Source of the DNA: a virus
Direction: 5' to 3' (one strand)
Length of the DNA stretch: 64,000 nucleotides
IMG/VR virus record: IMGVR_UViG_3300046517_001864
Coordinates: 3,880 to 67,879 of that record
Within the stretch, counting starts at the first letter, position 1, and each line of letters starts with the position of its first letter. Made by a program: the position numbers and the translations under genes. Positions 8,605-17,450 of the stretch are shown here, one piece after another. Below the pieces are notes generated by a model. The model made no database searches and had not been told where the DNA came from. It saw only the letters and a program-made list of their open reading frames with translations.

Positions 8605-8796
8605 ATGACCGAAGCACAACAAACCGAACTAGTCGCGATGGTCGAAGGTGTTGTGGCGGGTCGGCTGGTGGATCATCGCAAGTGGCAGATGGCTCGGCGA
8701 GCTACGCCAATCTCTCGTGAGGTGATCAAACGGATCTCTCACAACGTCAGCAGGTACCTCGCTGGGGAGTTGAAACAGGAGTTTTCGAAAGGATAA
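8605..8796 (+). CDS. hypothetical protein (63 aa)
   Basis: ORF in early block. Confidence 0.4.
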   Translation: MTEAQQTELVAMVEGVVAGRLVDHRKWQMARRATPISREVIKRISHNVSRYLAGELKQEFSKG

Positions 8797-8799
8797 CAC

Positions 8800-9381
8800 A
8801 TGGCAACCTGTCGTCCGGAAGTACTCGCGGAGTTTATGGATTCGTATCTCCCGAAGTTGGAGAAGATCCTCGACGTACCGGTGAAGTGGTTTTTATACCA
8901 AGCCCCCGGCGCTGACGCTCTCAGCCCACGGTTAGGAGAAGGTGGGACGTGGTACCTCGTTGAGAAAAACTCACGGCCTGTTCCGAACACGCCATCACCC
9001 TCGTACTTCGCGTCGTTCATGATCGAACAACTTCGGGGATGTTGCGGAGTATGCGTCAGCACCGGTGCTCACGTTCGGGCGGAGTACACCCGCCAGGGCA
9101 TCGGCACGATGTTAAACGAGATGCGGCTCGGAATGGCAAAACGTCTCGGGTACGGGGTGATGCTCTGCACAACTGTGATGGATAACATCGGGGAGGGAAA
9201 AATCCTCGCCACGAATGGATGGCGGGAGATGTACACGTTCGTTAACCCTCGAACCAGTCGGAAGCTGGGGGTTTTCCTTCGCACCCTCCACGACATTCCG
9301 ATGGATGGTCCAGTGTTTGCAAAAGGTGCGCCAGCCGCACGAGCGACGAAGAGTTCGTTGTTGAAAGCGGGGAAGCTGTGA
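8800..9381 (+). CDS. GNAT-fold-like protein, paralog A (GCCG motif)
   Basis: 'RGCCGVCV', 'QGIGTMLNEM', 'NGWREMYTFVNPRTS' are colinear with 'PGCCGINV', 'KGIGTLFMEL', 'LNFTQVCTVVNPNTS' of 12228..12821; the (Q/R)xGIG segment resembles the GNAT acetyl-CoA motif A. Confidence 0.45.
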   Translation: MATCRPEVLAEFMDSYLPKLEKILDVPVKWFLYQAPGADALSPRLGEGGTWYLVEKNSRPVPNTPSPSYFASFMIEQLRGCCGVCVSTGAHVRAEYTRQGIGTMLNEMRLGMAKRLGYGVMLCTTVMDNIGEGKILATNGWREMYTFVNPRTSRKLGVFLRTLHDIPMDGPVFAKGAPAARATKSSLLKAGKL

Positions 9382-9526
9382 TCCGAATCTGCTCATCCGG
9401 GCATGTTACCGGGTACAAACGCTGCCCACGCTGTGGGGCAACCTCACAACCCGAGCGGGTGCGAGCATCCGAGCTGAAGCTCAAACCCGGTCAGACCATC
9501 AAACACCTGAGGAGTATCGGGAAGAT

Positions 9527-9934
9527 ATGAAATCCATCCGATCATTCATTCTCGCGGGGCTTCTGTCGTTCGGGGCTCTCGCACAAACCGGACCGGGAAC
9601 GTTGTTCTTCTTTGGCACCCACCACTACGCGGATCAGGTGCTCGAACCGTACCCGATCGGTGGGCTATCGAATTGGTACATTGTTCGAGCTCCAACCGCC
9701 GCCGCGTACGAGACGTTTGAAAACCTCCTCGACGTCCACAGCATCACTGTGATCAAAAACGGTGTGGTGCTCACGGCGCAGGGAAATAATCCGGATTATG
9801 GATTTTTCGTTCTTTCCAGTTTCACAAAATCATCCCAAGTAGTGGTGATTCTCGCAGCGCCAGTGCTTCCCACGGATCGGCTCCGAGTAAGTTTCGACTA
9901 CATCCAACAGGCTGCGCCGTGTGTGGTGTGTTAA
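9527..9934 (+). CDS. secreted protein (135 aa) with N-terminal signal peptide
   Basis: MKSIRSFILAGLLSFGALAQTG signal-like N-terminus. Confidence 0.5.
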   Translation: MKSIRSFILAGLLSFGALAQTGPGTLFFFGTHHYADQVLEPYPIGGLSNWYIVRAPTAAAYETFENLLDVHSITVIKNGVVLTAQGNNPDYGFFVLSSFTKSSQVVVILAAPVLPTDRLRVSFDYIQQAAPCVVC

Positions 9935-10181
9935 GGAAGATATGATCGGTTTAAAACGAGCGTTACGTATTGCAAAGGAAAAAGAAGGATACGAACAATG
10001 TTTTCGAAAAGATCATGGGCTTGGGTCGCCTTGTACATATGACGGTAAAACAGCTCCAGCGGGGTTTATTATCTGCCCAATTGTTCAGTTCTACCCAAAA
10101 CCAACGTACATGTTCCACTCAGTGAAAGATTTTCTTAAAAGTTCTGATATAGCCTATCGTAAAAAAGGCTGGATCAAATGA
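9921..10181 (+). CDS. hypothetical protein (86 aa)
   Basis: ORF in early block, overlaps upstream stop. Confidence 0.35.
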   Translation: MWCVKEDMIGLKRALRIAKEKEGYEQCFRKDHGLGSPCTYDGKTAPAGFIICPIVQFYPKPTYMFHSVKDFLKSSDIAYRKKGWIK

Positions 10182-10219
10182 TGTTCGTGAAGTACAAATC
10201 AAACTAGGAGAAATAACCA

Positions 10220-10597
10220 ATGCCAGCTCGCCAATGTCCCGAATCGACAACGATCACCGTCGCGCAAGCGTACGGACGTTCGATGTTGCAACTATCCACT
10301 CAGCTCAAACGCAACCAGCAGTTCATCGACTTCGCCATTCCCTCCGGTGCTGTGAAGTTCCTCGCCAAAGACGGCACCATCAAAACCCACAGCCCGAGTT
10401 CCAACTACGTCTTCGGTGGCCCCCGATTGATCGTCGGCGAACGCACCGTGGGACGCGTGACTTTCACTCCCACCGGTCGTGTGGCCGTGCCGACCAACGG
10501 ACAGCCGTACCTCAACGATGATGGCGGGATCTCGTACGGCACTCGTGGCATGACGGATGAATATCCGATCATGACCATGACCACGTCAGCGGCGTAA
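10220..10597 (+). CDS. hypothetical protein (125 aa)
   Basis: SD AGGAGAAATAACCAATG. Confidence 0.5.
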   Translation: MPARQCPESTTITVAQAYGRSMLQLSTQLKRNQQFIDFAIPSGAVKFLAKDGTIKTHSPSSNYVFGGPRLIVGERTVGRVTFTPTGRVAVPTNGQPYLNDDGGISYGTRGMTDEYPIMTMTTSAA

Positions 10598-10875
10598 ACA
10601 TCGGTACTCACCGAAAGGCGGCTATGCGCCGTTAAACACTCTCGCCCCGAAAGGTCGTAACTGGCCTAACGGGGCTTGTGGTGTTTTATGCTAAGCAAGT
10701 TACAGGAGATCTCCCGACGGTTGGAACTCATGCGAGTACGAGCGGCACATCTCATTAGCGTAACCGATCAGGACACAGCAGCAAATGCTCGAATTCGTTT
10801 GGAAGTGATGGATGAGGTTTTGAAAGAGTTTTGGAAAATCGTTGAACGATAGACGTAGGAATATAAAGGAGACAT

Positions 10876-12231
10876 ATGCCGCAGATTGAAATCCTCCAGG
10901 TTCGACCTGGAAATGTCGTGAGCTTTCTCGCCGAACCGCATTTGGTGCTTCAGCGGTTTAGCTACATGAACATCCATACGTTACTTCTCTTGAACAAAAA
11001 AGGCGAGGTAACGGAGCTTCGGGATTCGCAACTCAGTAAAACCGTTCCGACGGTGATGGAAAAGCTCGAAGACGCCGCAGCCTCAGAATGGCGAGAGAGT
11101 ATCGTCGGGAGCAAAACCGTTTTTGAAAAAGGTCACATGACCACCGGCGGCGGGTCGTGGATGCACATCGGAACTGATCCGGAGATTTTCGCGATGGATC
11201 GAAACGACCATGTGATTCCAGCGTTTGCGTATCTCCCTTCGAAACCCACCCCGAATCCGAACGGGCCACCCATTCCTGCGATATTCTTCGACGGGTTCCA
11301 AGCCGAATGGACAACAAATCCTTCCTCATGTCTCGGGCATCAAACGGATTATGTTCGGCAGGGGATGCAAGGTGTGCTCAACGCCGCACGGAAAATCGAT
11401 CCACAAGCAAAACTCTCACATCTGTCGGTAACCGACATCACATTCGATCCGACGCTACCCCCGGAGCGTTACCAGCTTGGATGCTCACCCTCAATGAACG
11501 CGTACGACGAACCCTCCGTGTTGATGGGGACGCCGGAGCTCCTTCCGTTTCGTTCAGCAGGATGGCATATGCATTTTCGAGGAACTACACCGCCGGTGAA
11601 TGCGGGTGATCCAGTGGATGGTTTCCATAGTGTTGATTCGAAAGAACTTGCCGCGAAGATCATCCAACTCGAAGATGCGATTCTTGGCACGGCATTGGTG
11701 AGTTTCGGCCAACATCACGTCGACCCCCGACGGAGGTTGATGTATGGTCGTGCGGGTGAATACCGGTTGGGGAAGACGCTCGAATACCGAGTGCCAGAGG
11801 TACTGATGGGATGCCATCCCGCCACGTGGAATCTGTTTTGGGACTTAGGCCGTGCGGTGTATTGGCTTGGGATGAGAGGGTTCAACTTCATCTGGGATGC
11901 CGATCCAACCGAGGTTCGAGAGGCGATCAACAACTCGAACGTGGCGTTAGCGCAGAAGATCCTTACGAAGAATATCCAGGTCCTGAATAGTATCTTCAAG
12001 TACCTCTACCGTGTGGGGCCGCTCAAGCCGACACCGGACTGGGCTCCGGATAAGATGGCTGTGAAAGCGATCCTCGAAGGTGCGAACGCGGTGTTGAACG
12101 ATCCAACAGCGGTGAGCAGGAATTGGCGGTTGGAGTCTGGCCAAACCTGGCAGAATGAAAGCCAAGGGCATCTCACCGGAACAAACTGGCGGACGTCTGT
12201 ACCAATGCTCCAAAGAGGAGAGAAACTATGA
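10876..12231 (+). CDS. large protein of unknown function (451 aa), flanked by the two GNAT-like paralogs
   Basis: SD AAGGAGACATATG; stop overlaps next gene (ATGA); no family recognised by eye. Confidence 0.6.
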   Translation: MPQIEILQVRPGNVVSFLAEPHLVLQRFSYMNIHTLLLLNKKGEVTELRDSQLSKTVPTVMEKLEDAAASEWRESIVGSKTVFEKGHMTTGGGSWMHIGTDPEIFAMDRNDHVIPAFAYLPSKPTPNPNGPPIPAIFFDGFQAEWTTNPSSCLGHQTDYVRQGMQGVLNAARKIDPQAKLSHLSVTDITFDPTLPPERYQLGCSPSMNAYDEPSVLMGTPELLPFRSAGWHMHFRGTTPPVNAGDPVDGFHSVDSKELAAKIIQLEDAILGTALVSFGQHHVDPRRRLMYGRAGEYRLGKTLEYRVPEVLMGCHPATWNLFWDLGRAVYWLGMRGFNFIWDADPTEVREAINNSNVALAQKILTKNIQVLNSIFKYLYRVGPLKPTPDWAPDKMAVKAILEGANAVLNDPTAVSRNWRLESGQTWQNESQGHLTGTNWRTSVPMLQRGEKL

Positions 12232-12821
12232 GCATACCCGCTCGGTTAGCAAACCTAATCAAACTCGATCCGTGGAAAACTCGGATTGAGAAACTCGAAC
12301 TCAGTGATATTCGTTTCGAAGGTGCATCGATTGCATCAAACTCGGATATTACTATTAAATTCCGGTATCAAAAGTGTGATCCGGTCATCACGGGTGTGAT
12401 TCCCGTCGGATGGTTTCCGGGATGCTGCGGGATTAACGTAATCCACCACATCAATTTTCCGTCGTGGGTGAAGTACGAAATCGACCCGGTGAAACGAGTT
12501 CCAATCGGACGAAAAGGAATCGGGACGTTGTTCATGGAGCTGGTGCTCGAAGCTTACAAGCAAGCTGGGCGAGAACGCACCGGGCCGGGGTTGTTACTCG
12601 CGGCCACAACGGGGTTCCAACGATCTGGGATAAAGATTCTCGAAAAGCTGAACTTCACCCAGGTTTGTACGGTCGTCAACCCTAACACCTCTCAAGAGGT
12701 AACGTTGTGGTATTACAAAACCTCGAAGTTCAAAACAGAGGCGGATATCAAACTCATGGAGAAAAGGAAAAAAGCTAAAGCAAAGCCGAAACCAAAGGCT
12801 AAACCGAAACCGAAACATTAA
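12228..12821 (+). CDS. GNAT-fold-like protein, paralog B, with C-terminal Lys/Ala/Pro repeat tail (KAKAKPKPKAKPKPKH)
   Basis: See paralog A; translationally coupled to the 451-aa gene. Confidence 0.5.
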   Translation: MSIPARLANLIKLDPWKTRIEKLELSDIRFEGASIASNSDITIKFRYQKCDPVITGVIPVGWFPGCCGINVIHHINFPSWVKYEIDPVKRVPIGRKGIGTLFMELVLEAYKQAGRERTGPGLLLAATTGFQRSGIKILEKLNFTQVCTVVNPNTSQEVTLWYYKTSKFKTEADIKLMEKRKKAKAKPKPKAKPKPKH

Positions 12822-13392
12822 CTTCTCATCGCCGCCCGTCGGGGTTACAACATAACCTGCTGCGGCATACTAACGGGATTAAAGCCATACCCAATGGCGA
12901 TGTGAAAATCCTCTACATGAATAACACGTCTAGATAACAGGATCTACCACGGATGACTCTTGCCTCTCCGATGTTTGTACGTCTCGAAGGAGAGTGCTCG
13001 ACACACGATGGTCTAGTGGGATCGAGTATTCGTAACCTCCATTGCAGGGCCGCTGAAGCCCTCGAAGGGTGTTACCGTAGCTCACTTAAGCCCACACGGC
13101 TCCTCAAGCCGTCATAAAGACCCTGGAGGCAAAAACGGAAAGAGCTCGGGAACCTATCCATCCGCGTGGGGTGGAGCAGAAACTCGCATCGGGCCGTGTA
13201 GAGGTGCCAAGGATCGTATTTGAAGTACAAGTTTACCAAGTAGCTGGCGCTGAGCTACCTAAGAATCTCCATATCTCATCGTGGCCGACGTTAGGTTCGT
13301 CAAAAGGCCGTGGAGGGGAACCGCTCCCACGGCATCGATCATGTTATGGAGAGATCTTAGATCGGGTTGGAGACGTAATTCCCGTGAGGTAA

Positions 13393-13439
13393 TTCATTTT
13401 GTGGGGAGTGTAGACTGGGTCAGGCGGGTTCGATTCCCG
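13393..13439 (+). ncRNA. tRNA-like minihelix (acceptor stem plus T-arm only) / truncated tRNA remnant
   Basis: GGGGAGT...CGGGTTCGATTCCCG...ACTCCCC: 7-bp acceptor-like stem with canonical T-arm (GGTTCGATTCC) but only 47 nt and no anticodon arm; sits in an 0.85-kb ORF-poor gap. Confidence 0.3.
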
Positions 13440-13764
13440 TGAACTCCCCTTCAAGTTTTCCACCCTTCGTTTGGTTAACACCTATGACGAATGGGGTACG
13501 CCGATTACCGGCGAGCTAAAGCACCGTTGGAGGCTAGGAAGCATGTTTATGTTGTAGAAGTTAGGACAGGTGCTAATCGGCGTCGCTTCGGCTTCGCCAT
13601 TAATATTAGCGTTATAACCTGCTGACAGAGTTTCTCACGGCATAACATACGGAAGGTCCGAGCGGAGGGTGGGAATAATAACCTATGAAAAACGAACTAA
13701 TCACAATCGGATGGATCGCGACGGGGATATTTATGCTTTGGGTAGCGTTTGCTCGGTGAGTGTT

Positions 13765-13944
13765 ATGGAATACCATTCATTATGTGATCACTGCGGGGAT
13801 CTGTTGATCGAAGATCATCGTCCCGCGCCGGGAGAATCGGTACATTGTTCTAGCTGTGGGATTACGTTCCCGCATGGACTTCGGGATTCCCATTGGCGGG
13901 AATGGTCTGATCCCTCCAAACCCGATTGGGCAGGTTGCGCGTGA
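13765..13944 (+). CDS. small zinc-ribbon protein (59 aa; CDHC...CSSC)
   Basis: Internal ATG of ORF-track 13669..13944; two CxxC pairs. Confidence 0.3.
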   Translation: MEYHSLCDHCGDLLIEDHRPAPGESVHCSSCGITFPHGLRDSHWREWSDPSKPDWAGCA

Positions 13945-14092
13945 ATGGTCTATGGGAGTTTTTCTTCTGCCCCGCTCACGGTGTGTTGCGATTCGTGGAC
14001 GGCGCTCATCTAACCTACGCTTGGGTATGGGTGCGTCATTCGAGCTACTACGTCCAGGCGTGGTTGTTATCACGTAAGGAGATTGTAAAATA

Positions 14093-14854
14093 ATGTACGC
14101 GTCTTACATTCCCGACAAAGGTACGATAGTCATGTACCCGGATTACAACTCCGCGATGGCGGATCGATTCCCGTATGAAGAAGTTGATTCCGACGCGTAT
14201 AACAAACTCATCCCAACGTTAGAATCAAACAGTCGGGTTTGTTTGACGTGTAGACGCGCTCGACTCGAACACTTCCGGGATCGATGTCGAACAATCGCGG
14301 ATTATGTAACAGGAGGACTTCCAACCGGCCATCCGATTGTTCGTCCACTTGTGGATATCATCATCTGTTCGTGTGGGGTCTCCGTAAATCGGGTGAAGAT
14401 CAACGGGAAAACTCGGTGCTACAAAGCCACCCGAGAGGAAATTCGTCGTTCGATCACAGGGAGATTAGCCACTACCCTGGCGAACGTACCTCAACCGAAT
14501 TGGACACTTGAGGCCCCAGGTCGATTCGCGCCAGACGTGTTACCTCGGCCAAGAGCTGGACGGACTCCGAGAACCGATCGGGATAATCTTGTCTTCAACG
14601 CAAGAATCGAGACAGATAACCTCACCCCACTTCAACAACGGGTTCGTCAGCTTACAGAAGCTATCATCGATCGTGATCGTCCAATGTTTCAGTGGGATCC
14701 GATGGTACGTCCGACAGCACCTCAACCGGAACCAGCCGAACCAAGAGTAACCGATCCGCCTCGTGTAGCGGATAACCAATTCACGGCTCTCCGACTAGAT
14801 GAGACAACCTTCGAACGGGTGGATGATGACATTCAACGAGAGGAGGAAGATTAA
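14093..14854 (+). CDS. hypothetical protein (253 aa), first gene of amidoligase cluster
   Basis: SD AAGGAGATTGTAAAATAATG; acidic C-terminus. Confidence 0.55.
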   Translation: MYASYIPDKGTIVMYPDYNSAMADRFPYEEVDSDAYNKLIPTLESNSRVCLTCRRARLEHFRDRCRTIADYVTGGLPTGHPIVRPLVDIIICSCGVSVNRVKINGKTRCYKATREEIRRSITGRLATTLANVPQPNWTLEAPGRFAPDVLPRPRAGRTPRTDRDNLVFNARIETDNLTPLQQRVRQLTEAIIDRDRPMFQWDPMVRPTAPQPEPAEPRVTDPPRVADNQFTALRLDETTFERVDDDIQREEED

Positions 14855-14857
14855 CCC

Positions 14858-15559
14858 ATGATTCACGGACGTTTTCACGGCGTAACAATCGTCAAACTCT
14901 CGCGAGCTGAGGGGGTGGAGATGCTAGCTTACCTCGGTTGGACTCGGATGATGTATGAAAAACTCATCCGACCGAAAGCTACGACCGAAAGTCCAACGGT
15001 CAAGCGACTACTTTCCTCTGTGCATGGGATTGAAACATGTATTCGAATGTACATACCTGGCGGTGGGTGGACCCCCGTAGATGCGCTGTACCATGAACGG
15101 TTAAACCAAAACAACCTCCTCCAACCAGGAGCAGCGGATGAAGGGTTATCGATTCTGTTAGGTTTTTCCGAAGAATTCATTCGGTCCATTAGCTCATACC
15201 CGAATCTATTCTCCGCTCCAACCGTCACCCGATTGTGTAAATCCGTTGATCGAAGGTTTCCGATCCGGGAATACCACCCCAAATCCGCTACGCTCGAACA
15301 ACGAACTCATTCCATCGAGTTAGTTGTACAACTATTCCAAATCCTCTCTGGGAATAACTCCGGAGAACTTTCCGGCGCGAATGATCGACAGTTGTTGTAC
15401 AACCAATCAACCGGGTTGGTGGAGATGTTGCGGATCTCCCACGATTTGAAGAACATCATCGCAAAGATCGATCATTGGACCGAAGTACTTGGTGCAGAAC
15501 GTCATGTATCGAAAGAGTTTGTTACAAAGACATTAAACACAAGGAGTATTTGTGGTTAA
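14858..15559 (+). CDS. hypothetical protein (233 aa)
   Basis: Tightly packed between 14093 gene and amidoligase (overlaps amidoligase start by 8 nt). Confidence 0.55.
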   Translation: MIHGRFHGVTIVKLSRAEGVEMLAYLGWTRMMYEKLIRPKATTESPTVKRLLSSVHGIETCIRMYIPGGGWTPVDALYHERLNQNNLLQPGAADEGLSILLGFSEEFIRSISSYPNLFSAPTVTRLCKSVDRRFPIREYHPKSATLEQRTHSIELVVQLFQILSGNNSGELSGANDRQLLYNQSTGLVEMLRISHDLKNIIAKIDHWTEVLGAERHVSKEFVTKTLNTRSICG

Positions 15560-16757
15560 CAAGGAAAAATTCTGCGTCAACTGCCTTCGTCGGGCTCGGG
15601 ATACGGAAAAAGCTTTAAAAACCGTCCACTCCCATCCGCTACGGCTCCCGAAGGAACACTGCGCGATCTGCCATCGATGCTCTTCTTGCCGGTGTATCTG
15701 TGTCATCTGCACGAAGTGTAAAGCACGTGTTGCAATGGCCCCAACGAAGTACTGCTCGCACTGTCGGATGTGTAAGAAGTGCGACTCATGCAGGAAAATG
15801 CCGCACTACCTTTCCACCGATCGGTGGGTGGGGACGCGGACATCTTCGCTCATCAACCCGTTGAATCGTACGCTTGGGTTGGAACTTGAGATTGCAAACT
15901 GGGGTACGTTGGAGAACTACCTCATGAACTACGCTCACTACGACCGAGCGCATGATTGGTCGGTGAAGCCATCTGAATCAGAGATGGTCCTCCAACCGTT
16001 AAAAGGGGATTACTTCCTCAAAGCGATGATGGAGTTGGCCGTAACCCTTGCAAAATCAAAAGCTTCGGTGAATGAAACCTGTGCGTTACACGTACACGTC
16101 GGAGGAACGGAGTTGTCATACTGGGAACTTCGACGTCTCCTGCGGGTATACGCGAAGCTTGAGCAAGAGATATACGATTATCTCATTTTACCACATCGGA
16201 GGGACACTCCGACGGTAGTTCACTACTGTCAGATGATGACTAAGCCTCACATCCATTGTGATCGATGTGATCGGTACGATCAACAGTATCCCCGAACCCG
16301 TCGGGTGCTGGAGGATCTCCACACTACGGTAGCTCGAATGGACCGGGCGCAGACCACCACAGATCTCAAAGCATGTTTTTTGAAGATGCTGTATAACATC
16401 CCCCGACCTTCGGAGAAGTATTCGAAAGAGCATCTTCCATCTCGGCTCCAAACCCTCCAAACCCACAAAGGCGGGAGATACGAATGGTGCCGGTACGTTG
16501 GGCTCAACCTCCACGCGTGGCAGTATCGTGGTACGGTCGAATGGCGAATGAAAGAAGCCACTACCCAGCTTGACGAGCTGATCTGCTGGCCGTTGTGGTG
16601 TGGGTGGTTTGTGGAAACCATCACCAAAATGACCGAGAAAGACTCCACCCGTTGGTGGACGTTGATCGAATTCACCGAGCGGTACATGCCAAAGTATCTC
16701 ACTGCATGGGTGAGTAATAAAGTTTCGCAAAGAAAGGTAGGACCGACGTTGTCATGA
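15552..16757 (+). CDS. amidoligase of the GCS2/YbdK (glutamine synthetase-like) fold with N-terminal multi-Cys zinc-ribbon region
   Basis: 'TLGLELEIAN' (G-x-E-x-E start motif) and 'ALHVHVG' (HVHVG motif) typical of gamma-glutamyl-cysteine-ligase-2-type amidoligases; N-terminal CxxC x6 cluster. Confidence 0.55.
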   Translation: MVNKEKFCVNCLRRARDTEKALKTVHSHPLRLPKEHCAICHRCSSCRCICVICTKCKARVAMAPTKYCSHCRMCKKCDSCRKMPHYLSTDRWVGTRTSSLINPLNRTLGLELEIANWGTLENYLMNYAHYDRAHDWSVKPSESEMVLQPLKGDYFLKAMMELAVTLAKSKASVNETCALHVHVGGTELSYWELRRLLRVYAKLEQEIYDYLILPHRRDTPTVVHYCQMMTKPHIHCDRCDRYDQQYPRTRRVLEDLHTTVARMDRAQTTTDLKACFLKMLYNIPRPSEKYSKEHLPSRLQTLQTHKGGRYEWCRYVGLNLHAWQYRGTVEWRMKEATTQLDELICWPLWCGWFVETITKMTEKDSTRWWTLIEFTERYMPKYLTAWVSNKVSQRKVGPTLS

Positions 16758-16948
16758 GTAAACTTTGGACTCCAAAGGACTACTGGCGTAAGGAAATCAT
16801 CGACGTCGCACTGAAAGAGATCGATCGAAACCAGGCGATTGTCTACTATCATCGAATGGACTGTCCACATCCGGAGTTTGTTCCGAAAGGAAACTTCTCG
16901 TCAGTCTGTGCGGTCTGTGGAAGAAATAAGGAGTTTATTAAATCATGA
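16754..16948 (+). CDS. small Cys/His protein (64 aa)
   Basis: ATGA overlaps on both sides; CPHPEF...CAVCGRNK. Confidence 0.4.
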   Translation: MSKLWTPKDYWRKEIIDVALKEIDRNQAIVYYHRMDCPHPEFVPKGNFSSVCAVCGRNKEFIKS

Positions 16949-17157
16949 AAACCCAATTCTGTTCCTTTTGTGGGAAAGACACGCTCCACAACCCATTGAA
17001 GAAAACCCCAAAAGGTGAACAGTTCTACCGTTGTGTGGTATGCGGGAACCCCCGCCGGTACAATGGAAAGAACTTTGCAATAGCTCTTGCGCCGGGTTCG
17101 AGAGCTGTGAACCTTCCCTACCCGATCCCACCGAAAGGTGCGTTGGGGGCATCATGA
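16945..17157 (+). CDS. zinc-ribbon protein (70 aa; CSFCGK...CVVCGNP)
   Basis: Two CxxC pairs; ATGA coupling. Confidence 0.45.
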   Translation: MKTQFCSFCGKDTLHNPLKKTPKGEQFYRCVVCGNPRRYNGKNFAIALAPGSRAVNLPYPIPPKGALGAS

Positions 17158-17447
17158 TGTTTGGATACAAACAAGGAGAAATCGTTGAAACCGATACCGG
17201 ACCTCACTTTGTGGTCCAAAATTCTTGCTACGGAAACATTGGCTTCGCATCGCTCAACCCCGTGGAAGGTCCGCCGACGAAAACGCAGCAGGAGTACCGG
17301 GACTATCACGCCGAGCAGAAGCGACGAGCGGAAGCCAAAGCCGCTGCGCTCCGGGAACGAATCCGTAATCGAATAGAACCCGATCTATCCGAAGAAAAAT
17401 TAATCGACCTTATCGTGGACCTTATCCACGAAGAAAGCGAGTACTAA
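17154..17447 (+). CDS. hypothetical protein (97 aa; ORF-track start 17031 likely too far upstream)
   Basis: ATG at 17154 overlaps upstream stop (ATGA); helical Glu/Arg-rich C-terminus. Confidence 0.4.
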   Translation: MMFGYKQGEIVETDTGPHFVVQNSCYGNIGFASLNPVEGPPTKTQQEYRDYHAEQKRRAEAKAAALRERIRNRIEPDLSEEKLIDLIVDLIHEESEY

Positions 17448-17450
17448 CTC

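Noticed and set aside
13393-13439. Complete tRNA gene
   Set aside because: Only 47 nt between the acceptor strands. The D-arm and anticodon arm cannot be formed. Kept only as a tRNA-like minihelix / remnant.
12830-13450. tmRNA (ssrA-like) hypothesis for the GGGG...GGTTCGATTCC...ACTCCCC element
   Set aside because: The complementary 5' acceptor strand (GGGGAGT) lies only 16 nt upstream of the T-arm, not ~300 nt upstream. No tag-peptide reading frame or pseudoknot-rich body could be discerned. There is no upstream GGGGAGT further away.
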